A DNA stretch of 62,803 bases, filler included, from Phoronis australis (taxonomy: Eukaryota > Animalia > Phoronida), in the NCBI GenBank assembly GCA_002633005.1. It is 5 parts of 5 records of this genome, joined end to end, with 100 filler letters (N's around TTAATTAATTAA, not from the genome) between each part and the next. Parts side by side here need not be neighbours in the genome. Positions count along the whole stretch, not along the records: positions 1 to 21,245 come from NMRA01000058.1; positions 21,346 to 41,923 come from NMRA01001426.1; 3 more parts are not named here. The stretch is one strand, 5' to 3'. The notes beneath the pieces are model-generated. The model was given only the letters and a program-made list of their open reading frames with translations, had not been told where the DNA came from and ran no database searches. Both the position numbers and the translations under genes were made by a program. Numbering within the stretch: position 1 is the first letter of the stretch; every line of letters begins with the position of its first letter. Below are positions 14,135-26,050 of this stretch, one piece after another.

Positions 14135-15626
14135 GGAAAGTGAATAGTTCTGTGTTAGACGTTGGGATATTGTAATTTTGTCAGACATTGTTCAAAGGAT
14201 ATTTTTGACGAGCATTCGCATTTCGTGCCTCTTTAATTATTGAAAAGTATGCATAGCAGAGAAAAACCAAGAAATCCGTGGGCTGAGGAAGTTTTCACAA
14301 ACAGAGAATTGGTGTAGAGGATCTGATTGTAATACTTTCCGTATCGGGAAACATGCTACTGTTTTTTGTTTTTTGCTTTCAAAAGAGCGGTTGTCATCCA
14401 TGCCAAACTTCAGCAAGAAAGAAGGTTTCTCCACTTGGATAAGGCGAACCAGTGAATACCTGACCACAAGAAAAGCCCATGTCATAAAGATGCATGAGGG
14501 AACATCTAAACCTCGAAGTTCGACTCCACTATAGATAGATGCTGATCTAAGTTCAGTCAACAACTTATAAATGTCTGCTGAAATGAAAGACTGCAAACCT
14601 GAATGAGTTCGGTTCTCAACATTATATTATTTCTGGCAGAACAAAATTTAGAATTTTTGTAATAAAAACCCATCTCAGATCTGTCGTGTCACAAGAGCGA
14701 CTGACCAACCAGGCTTCAATCAGTGAAAAAGAATTTCCCACACCTGCTGTAAAATATGAGGTATTTCAAATTTTTGACGACAGCAGATCTCATTTGGGGA
14801 CGTAAAACTGGTTATTGTGACTCGATTTGCAATTAAATTGAATAAAATTCCTTGCAGTATAAGATTTGTTGATTGTTTAATGTTGAGGTGGTCACCTGAA
14901 GCATTTCGTCTGGGTGTTTATCTTGACAACATAGAGCATATTTTTCAATACGAAAATTAAAGGCTAAATCCAACGGAATTTTGTTACTTTAGACGTATTA
15001 GGCTAACCAGAATGTCCTTGCAAAGATTCTCGCGGTGACGTAGACAAAAACAAGCCAACACGCCTAACAGTTCGTTACATTTGGCAATTTATGGCACAAG
15101 TGGGCTCAGAGCGATGCTCCTAACATACTGTAGGAACCAAATTTACATGTGCTACCGTTGAAGGTAGGCTTTAAGATCACCATGATGCAAAGCTCTGTTA
15201 ATTTTCGTATAAATTCATTATCAAGCGCCACAGGTAAACTATTTCGATGTTTCAACTATGTTTCCAAGGTGAATGAATTCAATCAAATGGAGCAACTTTA
15301 CAGATGGATAAATCGTGAATTTGCACATTTTATGCTAGTTATAACCGGAATACAAAGCATCACTGGTGAATGATATTTTGTGCATACCCTTAACTTAATG
15401 AAACCAGGTTGTACGCTGCTGCATGATAAATTTGTCCAATTTATACAAATAACCCCCAGCATTATTCAAAATGCTGTTGCGGCTCGTAACTTCCTTCTTG
15501 GACACGTCATGTAGATCATCTTGGTACATGTCTTTGCACCCATGAATGAATTTAAGGAAACCAATTTGCATAGCTAATTATTATTTATGGAAATACAGTT
15601 GGACATTATTTAGTTAGAAAGCCCCC
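14135..15626. other. 1492-bp segment present only in the second haplotype copy, flanked by CACAGA direct repeats
   Basis: Copy 1 reads ccctCACAGAaaaattat (10651-10668). Copy 2 has CACAGA at 14129-14134 and 15627-15632 around the extra sequence. No TIR seen. Confidence 0.75.
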
Positions 15627-16523
15627 CACAGAAAAATTATGCAGACACAAATTATGCACGTGAATCAAACAATTGTAATTAATTACAAAGTATCCACAAG
15701 TCATGCAATTCATTATAGTATTTCCACAAATGACACTGTTCACGTAATTACTGAGTATCTTGTTATCATGGCCATGAAAACTCTATCTACATGTATACAA
15801 GCATCACTTAATTACAATTATGATATTCATCCATCAATCACAAATATACTGCTAAGATTTTCGTAAAAATGTCTAATTTGTGCGTACCCTAATGTAGAGG
15901 AATACGACTGCTATTTTGTACAAGAATTCCTTATGTTTTGCGTGTTGACTTGACATAGAAACCAAATTTAAGACTAATCCGAAATCCTAACATCGTTTTT
16001 GGGGTAAGTAATGAAGTTTTCATTTAAAAAGGGCTTCATAAAAATAAATTGAGGGGTTATATTGCTATTAATGTACCCACTCTAAAAATGAAAATTTGAC
16101 TTAAAAATATGGTAACGTATCAATAATAATAGCACATATTATAATTCCATGTTTCTTCTTTCAGAAAATGTGTAATTGTACTTGTTTACATAGCCTGTTC
16201 GAATGGAGTTAAGGTTTGAGAAAACCTTAAGCAGCAGCCTAATCAGCCGACTACAATATACATGTCAACACCTGTTGCCTGAGACAAAGCTCCTTATAAC
16301 GAGCCTGTCTACCATTTCGTTTCACGGTTTTCATACAGCTTTTAGTATGATCTGTTTAATGTGTGCAAAAATGTTCGATGGATCTTCAGCTCTGAGGTGA
16401 TTTATTGACTATTTGAGCTTAGTGTGGAACCTTGAAGAAAGCAGGTTCAAAAAGTTGAATAGTATTTGTCAAACTTGAATAAGAAACCTTGTGAAGTTTT
16501 GACAATTAATTCTGGAGACTCAC

Positions 16524-16845
16524 ATAGACTAGACGGTCTTCGAGAACAGTCTTCTAATTCCCGAAGCCTCGTGGAAGAAAGCGTCGTGTTCTCGGTATGC
16601 ATGTCGGCAACAGTCGAAAACGCGGAGACAGGAAGCACCGAAGATAGCTTTGATGAATTATCCCCAGACTTGACTTGATGGTGAATTGCGTGCTTAGAAC
16701 CAATCGCCATCTTATGAATTTTGAAGACCACCTCATAACCTTGTTTTAAACGCAATCTATCTTCCACGAGTAGAGTACTGATATTGTTGAGGACGGCAAA
16801 GCTTGCTACCAATAGAACAATCTTGATAATGGCACTCCTTTTCAT
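16524..16845 (-). CDS. GT7 coding exon 1, duplicate (haplotype) copy
   Basis: Protein identical to 11550-11871, with the same donor site. Confidence 0.7.
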
Positions 16846-17129
16846 TGCAATTAGCTTGACCTGAAATTCCGAGTAACCACAATGTCATGTTAGCATTCGC
16901 CAGCCAGCTAGTTGTATGATGACTAGCGCCAAAATACATGTAGAAATCGATGCGTGAAAAGTTTGCATTCACCTATTTCACGAAAGCGCCATCTTCCCGC
17001 GCCATCTTTAAATACTGATCGAAAACGAGGCACACTGATAAAACCTCGTGAGTGATCATCAGCTGGCCATGGTGTACTGTGCAGTGCCTGAACGTACCAA
17101 TTCCAGTAATATCTCGTCGGTATCCTTCC

Positions 17130-18870
17130 CAGGGATATACTTAGCCATTTGCCCAGTCGCCAATGCGAGTAAAAATGGTGCTGGGCGAGTAGAAGTTGAC
17201 TTGCCGGTCGCCCGGTGGCGAGCGAATAAGAGCGCAAAAGCGCTATATATCGTTTCCCAGATGAATATGAATAATTTTCCTCCTCCTTGTGCTGTTTTTA
17301 TCATGAATTTAAGGTTCAGTCGATGCTCCGGCAGTAAAAAACATCGGCGCAGTGCGACCCTACCGATTCAGTACATGTCACCCGTTACGCGATTCGTCAA
17401 AAAACACAGTGTGTGGTCGTGCACAAAGAATTTGTGGACTAGTCCGAAACGAAGAAAAAGGGAGAAAGGAAGAAGACTGGTCCATGTGCTCATACCAAAT
17501 AAAATACCATATTTCTTGGAAGTGATTTCTTATTGTAATGTACAATGTCATTTTAGCCAAAATTATTTTTATAACATTCGTCCTGATAAGCGTCCATGCC
17601 CCTATAAGCGTCCCCACTCGTTTTCAGACTTCGCTAAAATAAGCGGCCAGTCCATGAATGTGTATATATCAGTGCGAAAAATGTCTTACCTAACAGTTCT
17701 AAAATTCTACAGTAAATGTATTCAATTTATCAATAATATCCGACAGTTCTGAAAAATCATTGTGCGCGTAATTTCTAGTAGACCACGAGCCTCGCCGCCA
17801 TGTCGGTATTTAGCCGTGGCTGTACACTTCAAACCATTCCGCAGTGCTTCAAAAAGAACGCAAAAGATTTGCTGATCTTGCGCGGAGGAAAGTGTCACAC
17901 TACATGGTCTGGCCCTGATCAGAACAGACGCAGCGAACTCAGGTCAACGGGATTGGTATTGTATCTTTCCCGTACAGATCTTCTCCCACAACAGGAATCC
18001 AGATTGTTTGTACACGAAAAATTATAAAAACCGCGAATCGAAACTTGGCCAAGAAGCGCGCGCTAGGACCCACATATAACATGTGGTCCTGCTCAATGAG
18101 ATAAATGGGGTGACATTGTACAGCTCATTGGGCCTGCTACTCTGGCAAATGAACACTGATGACACGCACGCGCTAGCTCACTCGGTGCACACCAGCTGAA
18201 TTACTTCAATACAAACGTCACGTGACAACAACATATGTGTTCGTCCAGATTTTTCTCGTTGCGGGGTGCGATCTAGCGCAGATTTTGACTTAATCTGCGG
18301 TTAATCCCGACTCCGAGTCCACAGGAACTTAAGAATCTTAGGAAAGACTATTTGGGAGGATTTCAGGTAATTTGAGTCGAAACTATTTTTACTCAAGAAT
18401 TCAAGTTGTCCTATCGACGATCGCGAAGCAGCGACGCATCAGTCGGCAAGTTTTCGCCCTGGGATTTCAGCACATTTTTTTAAAAAGATCGTAATTTAAC
18501 AACAGAGTTTGATAGCAATGCACCACAGTTTTGTAGCTAGTCTGTCATAGGTTACACATACGTCACAGCGCGTAAATTTGATGAATCCTAGCTTCCGATT
18601 TCACCCATTTCGGAGACCAGGTTTTAACTGCCGTAGGCTACAAAAAGAGTCTACCTGTGCGCTTATTAGAGCGAATACGGTAGCCCTAATAGATGGTGAC
18701 ATCAGTGCACGAAACGATGATTTTTATTTAAATTAGCAGCAAGTTTGTGGTGACTGGCGCCAACGGCCGGGTGACCGAACTTCGGGCTTGGCGAGCAGAT
18801 TTTCTGGCTCCGGCACTCGCCCAGCTGGCGAGCAGGGTTTTTCAAGACTAAAAGCCTGGGTATATCCCTG
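17130..18870. mobile_element. Non-autonomous hAT-like element, 11-bp TIR CAGGGATATAC
   Basis: CAGGGATATAC at 17130-17140 and GTATATCCCTG at 18860-18870, with subterminal TCGCC/GGCGAG motifs at both ends. The TSD is only partial (atccttcc vs acttccac). Confidence 0.65.
17572..18682. mobile_element. Tc1/mariner(pogo)-type MITE nested in the hAT-like element
   Basis: Right end GCGCTTATTAGAGCGAATACGG|TA (reverse TA|CCGTATTCGCTCTAATAAGCGC); degenerate left end ATTCGTCCTGATAAGCGTCC...CCTATAAGCGTCC. Confidence 0.5.
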
Positions 18871-21207
18871 ACTTCCACACTTTTTCAAAAGAGGGAAAAC
18901 TACTAAGGAATGGCTGAGGAGGTTAAAAGTCTAGTTGCCGTAAGTATTGGTATGTTTTTTGGAGATCGATTCAACATCAGACAACTTGATTTTTGGTAAC
19001 GTTGATAAGTCTTTTGACCACAACACCTTGCAGGACGATGCCATGTTTGTCAAGGCGCCTCGTTTTCGATCAACACGACAGCAGCGCCCCGCGTTCGTGA
19101 ACGAGGGTAGTGAATAGACCTCGAAATTTTACATTGTTTGGGTTGTTTTGCCCGTCATGAAGCTTTTATCAATACCGTACAGGGTGCATGGAGAACCTGG
19201 GACTCAATCGACAACTACCTGCCTGCTACAACCGTTTACGTGAAAAACGATCTGGCATTCTCCATAGCCATCCTGACAAAACCTGAGAAGTTTCCGAAGT
19301 AAAAAATCGTCAGACTCAAACTACACCTTACAGAAACGGAATACTGTTTGGTGGGGACGGGGGGCTCAAAACTACAAATTATTAATACGTTCTCACGCTT
19401 TAAATCGACCTTATTTTGTTTAAGATCACCTTATGGTAAAGAGATACCGAAGAAAGTCTTTTTAGGTCATTGTGAAAGCAACACTCTCATTGGTTAATGA
19501 TTGGCTAATATGGTTTGCACTAGGAAATGAAAAGATAGGTCACAAGAAGAGTCCAACTGCCTGCTTGTCCTCGATAAGCCAGTCTCGGTAAGAGGTTGGT
19601 GACGACTGCATGATGAAAACGTGTTTGCAACCGTGGGGAAGGGGTTCAAAACCGCGACCGTGGTGACATCATTATTTTCTGCCCGCGGAGAAAACAATCC
19701 GAGGTACAACAATTCTTATCACAAATACATGTTGATACAGGCGTGTGACAAAGAAGTTACACCAAACATATTTTCCTTATCAGCCCATGGGCTCCTGATA
19801 AAGTTTTGACATATTGACTAACAAAGATGTATTTATAGCTTCACGAATTCCCATTACTCTGTACTGATGTTCTAAGCAAATGCAAAACGAAATAGGCCTA
19901 CTGAATAACAAAAAAAACGAAAACAAAAAACGAAAGAAAAACTCAAAATATGTATCAATAGACGCTAATTTACTCCATCGCCCACGTTATTCTTTCTGAT
20001 ACCAATAGTGACTTTGGACAAATATGCTGAAATTAATTCACAAACTCTAGCTAGTTATTCCCGTTCGCTTCGGAATATATCTAAACAATGCATCCATTGT
20101 CAAAATTGGGATGTTTTGACACGAAATATGGAAAAATCCTGTTTTGCATCAACAGGTACCACCTGATTAGTCTACTGCAGCTTTTTGAGAAAAACCAGCA
20201 ACGCTACGAAGTCCTCAGATCAAAGGTCATATTACAAGCATTCAGCTGCGTAGACACATGCACTAAACTAAACCTGGATGGGCAAACTTAATAACTTGCA
20301 TAAATTCAACGACAATGTGCGATAAATCGGCAATTAAAACTTAAGTTGTGCACTTACGCGAGCTCACATTTCTCCACGTCGTTACCGTCCGTGTGACAAG
20401 ACTGGATGTAAAAAAGTAGGTCAACCTGTGTAGGATAACCAAACAACGCCGATATGTCATGTTCGTGTTCCCGTTCAAGGTATTGCCTCAAATCAGGTGA
20501 TTCCATTCGTATTTGTCAGTTAACTTAGGTTTTCGGATTTCACTACATTAATATTTGTTATTCAGTCTCACGAACCAATTTTGACCAACTGTTACACTAC
20601 CATGTATAGAATTTTCTGACGGCACTCATCTCAATCGATATCATCTGACTGCAACAAGTCAGAGGCTGATAAGGTTTGTATTTGACTTTAAGATCACATC
20701 AATTCTTTGAATACAAGGCCAATCGTTATTTAACTTGTGTTTCCTGCCACTAGGCCATGATAAGGCGACTATCAACATTAATAAAGTATTGAGAGACTAA
20801 AAACGTTCCTTAAAAATATTGCCTTAGATACAAAACAGCACGTTTTGCACAGTTTGAAATGACCAACACAGGTGTGTGAGTCCAGAGAACATTTAAAACT
20901 ACATGGTCTTATAACCGACTTTAAGCCCATAAGCTCATTAGTGAGAATTTATGACACGCACATTGTACATGTAGTGCTCTGACTCTGGCAAGCTGGAAAT
21001 TTTTGAGTGACCTGGGTATTAGAAAATGACTCCTAAGTAATTCTGAACTTTTTATTGGCGACAGCAAACTATGAATGACCGTACACTGAAAGAACAAAGA
21101 CAGGGGGTAAGTATTAGGTCTCTGATATATGAAGTGTGGTTATAATAGGTTAACGATGCTAGAGATGTGCTAACGAGTGAATCTTGCCGCTGATTAAATA
21201 ACGGCCT

Positions 21208-21208
<1 letters not shown>

Positions 21209-21238
<30 letters not shown>

Positions 21239-21245
21239 GGAGGGA
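21209..21245. repeat. (AG)n microsatellite at contig end
   Basis: Direct reading. Confidence 0.95.
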
Positions 21246-21345
21246 NNNNNNNNNNNNNNNNNNNNNNNNNNNNNNNNNNNNNNNNNNNNTTAATTAATTA
21301 ANNNNNNNNNNNNNNNNNNNNNNNNNNNNNNNNNNNNNNNNNNNN
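21246..21345. other. Artificial contig-join spacer (N44-TTAATTAATTAA-N44); also at 41924-42023, 56519-56618 and 59518-59617
   Basis: The identical 100-nt construct with a six-frame stop linker occurs four times. Confidence 0.95.
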
Positions 21346-23579
21346 ATAATTTTTTCCTTCCTACGGTCCTGTAGTATCTGGATTGAATTTTCCGGGTACG
21401 ACGAATTGCCAACCACGTGCCTCGCTTGTAATAAATGGCGATATCTCGCGAAGTCTTTCCCGATTGTGCGTTTTCACGTGGTTCTTGCGTCTACAGAACG
21501 CACTCCTGGTGTAAGTTCAGAAAAAACGATCGAAATCATACCGTGAAGAATACGCTTACAAGGATGTCACGCATTTCTAAAGATAGGCGGGAAAATTCAC
21601 CGCTCGTCCTTCTGTTCTGAGCGGCTTATACCAGGATCAAAGAGAGTGTACAATTGTGATGACCGCATTGCCCGATGCGAGCAAGACTCAATTAAATGCA
21701 ATTAACAGACCATAAACTGTATTAAACATTTCTGACTGTACATAATGGCGAATTTTCAAAATGCATTAACTACTAATTTTCGTTATAAACGAACACCACG
21801 GCGGTATTCAGCTGAAATTCGCGCCTTGTGCCGTCTGAGGTACAACAAGCTGGACTCCATGGTATCCCGAGATTAAGATGAATCCCGACAAGGACACCGG
21901 GACCCTGTCTGCGGCGACTAAGAAAATCATCCACCAATCATTTCGAAAAATGACAAGTCAGTTGAATCAGATTTGGTAGTCGTTGCATCTTGTGGCCGTA
22001 GGGGTAGGCTAACAAGAATACAGGACCTGGAGTCCGATGCAACGGGCCTGGAACCTGATAGGTGTTTCCGACCCGGAGTTCCATATCTACTTTCCACAGG
22101 ACCTTGTCTTCTTGTCCATGTTACCGCCTTCAGTTGATAGTTATGAGACAAAAAAGAAACGTGATCTTAAACTACAGACCATGCTCTTTGTATTACTTAA
22201 GATAGTTTTAGAGGCATTCAGCTGTAAGTGTATTTAACTGTCTTTGATTCGAAAGAGATGACTGTTACATTGCTAATTATTATTCTTCTGTTTTTACCCG
22301 AGGTGATGCCTTACTTGCAGCAAGGGTAAATAATTTTGGGAAGTATTACCAGCGATTTCCGTATACAAGTTCGGGAAACCAAACGCCTTATGTAAAAATG
22401 CATCAGGGCCTATACTCGGCAATGCCGAATACACGAACACAGTATAAATACTCCAGCTCACCCTAAGTATATTCTACCATTATTTTTAGATTTCAAGCAT
22501 GCATTTTTATTCTCAGATATGCATCTCAGATATATTTTAGGGAAAAAATTTAAGGTACGCAAATTGGGCATATATTCTGCTGGACTTGTATACGGAAATC
22601 TACGGTGGATCTTCTTAAACCTGGTAACCATGAAAATTTCATTGGAACAGTTTTGTTCTACTAACAAGTTCAGCTAACATTCCGTTAATGCAAGGCGGTC
22701 AGTACGTTCGCGTTTAAGGCGTTATTGCAACAGGTAAGTGTTATTTTGATTTTTGTTTAGTGTTTCGATATTTAATTTGTTATGAATTCCCCTCTTCAGA
22801 TAGTCACTCTTATTCTTCAACAACATTTCTGTACTTATAATGAGACTTCAGTAAACTCGCGACTGTTCATACTTTTAACATTTAAAAATGTTAGCAGAAG
22901 TGTGTAGTGTCCATCAGCAGAGACCTGTGAGAAGAACTATTTTCCGTAACTGTAGCAAATATATGACGCAATGAAATGAAAACGGTCGACATAGATGAAT
23001 TGTAATTGGTTGCATGTATATTAAGAAAGAAAATTAAGTATATAAATAGTAGACCGGTTCTCGAATTGCCTGGTTTACGTCCTTCATGAGTTCACCTGTC
23101 CCAAATTGAGTGCTTTCGTTTTTCTTTTCAGGTCGTCACTAGTCGATTCTCCCGACTGTTGTGATCTGCCCAGTAGCCTATTGTATCAACGTGCGCAACG
23201 GTCTTGGCAGGGGGGTGCACCTAGCAGACTCCCTTAGAATTAGTGGAACAAACTCGACATTGGTGTGCAGCAGGAGGCCGGGGGGGGGGGGGGGTTTGCG
23301 NTGCGGCGTAAATTAGTAGTGACTGAGTGAGACTGAGGTGCGCGAATGACGACCGTGGACGGCGTTAAACTGGTGACGATCAGAAGAAACGGCCCTGTTA
23401 TCTTCCACGCATATTATCAGAAAATGTTAAAGATTATCAGTTTCATTTCATCCACAAACTATGCATGGATACGTTTAACAAACATAAATATATACTATGT
23501 TCTCGTCATTGTTCATCACTTTCCTCATTGAACTCTTTCCCACATCCATTACTGTTACGTTTAATGCAAAATTCGTTAA

Positions 23580-24030
23580 AATTGAGAAAGCGCATGTTTT
23601 GATGGTCGGGAACCCCCTTTGTGCGTCGAATACGCAAGTCCAGCATTTTATTGGGAAACCATGCGTTGACAGCGCAAACTCGACATTTTTTATTGAGAAA
23701 ACGCATTTTTACAAAAGAGAATCAGTTGTCTGCAACATTTCATGTGCGTCAACAACGCAAACCAGACTCTCTCGTTGGAAAGCCCATGTTTGTCACCAGG
23801 AAGACTCTTTCATCACAACGCAGCCCGATATTTCAAGTGAGATAGCGCATTTTTGAAAAAATTCCGTCACTCGCCGAAAACGGTTTTTGAGCATCGGCAA
23901 TGCCAGCCGAATATTTCATATTGAGAAAGCGCACCTTTGAAAAGAAGAACCAACACTTGTCGGGAACGGTCTTTGTGTGTCGACAACGCACATTTCTTAT
24001 TGGGAAAGCCAGATTTTCAAAAATTAATCG
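23580..24030. repeat. Degenerate tandem repeat (~110-120 bp spacing), probably internal to a transposon
   Basis: TTGAGAAAGCGCA-like blocks at ~23582, 23693, 23838 and 23921; GTG(C/T)GTC...ACGCA...TTGG(G)AAA blocks at ~23621, 23743 and 23976. Confidence 0.55.
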
Positions 24031-24371
24031 CGCAGACCATTTGAGTCTCACTGACCTGCAATTATACTGCTATCAAATGACCGAGCCAGCAATGTTGATA
24101 CTACGACCGCTCATTGAAATAATGTACACCCACGAAATTCGGACACTAGCGCGGAAATCCAAATTAGTGGAGGTCCGCCAAATTCGGACACCACAAAAAT
24201 GATGTTTCGCGAGATTCGTCCAAGAATGATTTTTTTCTATTGGAATTAATCTTCAGTGTCCGAAAATCACGCGACTTTACCGTAGTTAATATCGTTGATC
24301 TCCCGAAGGTTTGGCTGATGGAAGATGTGTGTGCATATTACTTTGCCGCAGTCCTGGTCTCGTGCTTGGTC

Positions 24372-24591
24372 CAGTGGCGGATCTAGGATATCACAAGGGG
24401 GGGGGGCCCAACATTTTGTCCGGCTGGAAGCATTTGCGCAAACTGAACCACGATTGTAGATGCGCATAGCACCGAATGGGGGGAGGTTTGCCCCCCTCCC
24501 GCCCAGGAAATTTTTCTGTTTTTACCTCTAAAAATCAAGCATTTTCCTTGATTCCTGAAGTATTATTCAAGAAAAAAAGGCAAAAAAAAAA
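24372..24591. mobile_element. hAT-type MITE end (CAGTGGCGGATCTA family), truncated or interrupted
   Basis: The same terminus recurs at ~42032-42046, ~52295-52309, 55228/55526 and 62775 (CAGGGGCGGATCCAG). Confidence 0.6.
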
Positions 24592-24613
24592 CACGGAGAA
24601 CGTATCAAACAGG

Positions 24614-24695
24614 AAAAAAATGCAAGTGTCAAGACTCGAACTCACGACACAGCGGGTTAAGCGCGCGTACGATACCACTGGCACTACACCACCAC
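24614..24695 (-). ncRNA. tRNA-derived Pol III promoter-like sequence (not a functional tRNA)
   Basis: Minus strand: A-box-like TAGTGCCAGTGG (24686-24675), B-box-like AGTTCGAGTCT (24642-24632), then a T7 terminator-like run (24620-24614). The acceptor stem does not pair well. Confidence 0.45.
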
Positions 24696-25562
24696 GCTTT
24701 TACTACAACTTCTACACTAAAAGACTTACTTGTTTATGGGCCACAGCGTTTGCGCGCGTAACCTACTTCTTTTTGTAATGTTTATTATATGTTTTATATT
24801 TTGTGCCATCAATTCTTAACAAATTTGTCGTATTTGAAATAGTCTTCAAATGCCCAAAAGACCAAATCCATTTTTCGTGTTGGCAATAATGACGGGATTG
24901 CTTTGGAAACCGTCTTAAGATAAGGTTTGACANNNNNNNNNNNNNNNNNNNNNNNNNNNNNNNNNNNNNNNNNNNNNNNNNNNNNNNNNNNNNNNNNNNN
25001 NNNNNNNNNNNNNNNNNNNNNNNNNNNNNNNNNNNNNNNNNNNNNNNNNNNNNNNNNNNNNNNNNNNNNNNNNNNNNNNNNNNNNNNNNNNNNNNNNNNN
25101 NNNNNNNNNNNNNNNNNNNNNNNNNNNNNNNNNNNNNNNNNNNNNNNNNNNNNNNNNNNNNNNNNNNNNNNNNNNNNNNNNNNNNNNNNNNNNNNNNNNN
25201 NNNNNNNNNNNNNNNNNNNNNNNNNNNNNNNNNNNNNNNNNNNNNNNNNNNNNNNNNNNNNNNNNNNNNNNNNNNNNNNNNNNNNNNNNNNNNNNNNNNN
25301 NNNNNNNNNNNNNNNNNNNNNNNNNNNNNNNNNNNNNNNNNNNNNNNNNNNNNNNNNNNNNNNNNNNNNNNNNNNNNNNNNNNNNNNNNNNNNNNNNNNN
25401 NNNNNNNNNNNNNNNNNNNNNNNNNNNNNNNNNNNNNNNNNNNNNNNNNNNNNNNNNNNNNNNNNNNNNNNNNNNNNNNNNNNNNNNNNNNNNNNNNNNN
25501 NNNNNNNNNNNNNNNNNNNNNNNNNNNNNNNNNNNNNNNNNNNNNNNNNNNNNNNNNNNNNN

Positions 25563-26050
25563 AATCCGCCTATGTGGTCTTTTGTAGGAGTCAAAGAGGA
25601 TTTTGTTAGAGTAATTGTTTATGTTGGTTAAGACTTTGAATGTATACATGGACAGGTGGAGTTTACGACGGGTTGCTAGTTTGATCCAGTTGAGACTATT
25701 TAGAACCTTGATTGTGCTGGACCCTTCGTATGACCCTGTTATATGGCTAAAGCTGCTCGGTATTGTAGTCTTTTTAATTGAAGAAGTATGCCAGCGTTTG
25801 CCGATTGATAGATTATGTCACAGTAATCTAGACGTGGAAGCACAAAAGACTTGAACAGAGTTTCAAGATGCATGGAGTTGAGATGACGAGGGATAATTCT
25901 AATTGGATTAATTAATTTTTGTACTTCATGAACGAGTTCGCGACAGTGAGGAGTAAATGTAAGCTTATGGTCTAGTAGCAAGCCAAGATGTTTGTGCGTG
26001 AACTTGTTGGGAATAACTTCCCATTGAGTGATAATTCCAGTAGGAAAGTT
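25563..26050 (-). mobile_element. Non-LTR retrotransposon (CR1/L2-like) RT C-terminal remnant
   Basis: KHLGLLLDHKLTF..H...TLFKSFVLPRLDYCDIIY...LKRLQYRAALAI, then LNWIKLATRRKLHLSMYTFKVL in a shifted frame. This is a typical post-RT region. Confidence 0.85.

Larger units (their letters stand above)
8723..17149. repeat. Near-identical duplication, 8723-12175 versus 12177-17149, joined by one N (likely uncollapsed haplotypes)
   Basis: Identical ORFs at offsets 3454 and 4974, scattered SNPs and small indels, and a single N at 12176. Confidence 0.85.

Noticed and set aside
16524-16845. Duplicated GT7 first exon as a real alternative promoter
   Set aside because: Identical protein within a near-identical block joined by a single N; best explained as uncollapsed alleles.
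17048-17752. 234-aa plus-strand ORF
   Set aside because: Non-ATG start, spans the ends of two nested non-autonomous transposons, and has no recognisable domain.
24809-25649. Long ORFs over N gaps (also 51143-52435)
   Set aside because: Poly-X artefacts of assembly gaps.
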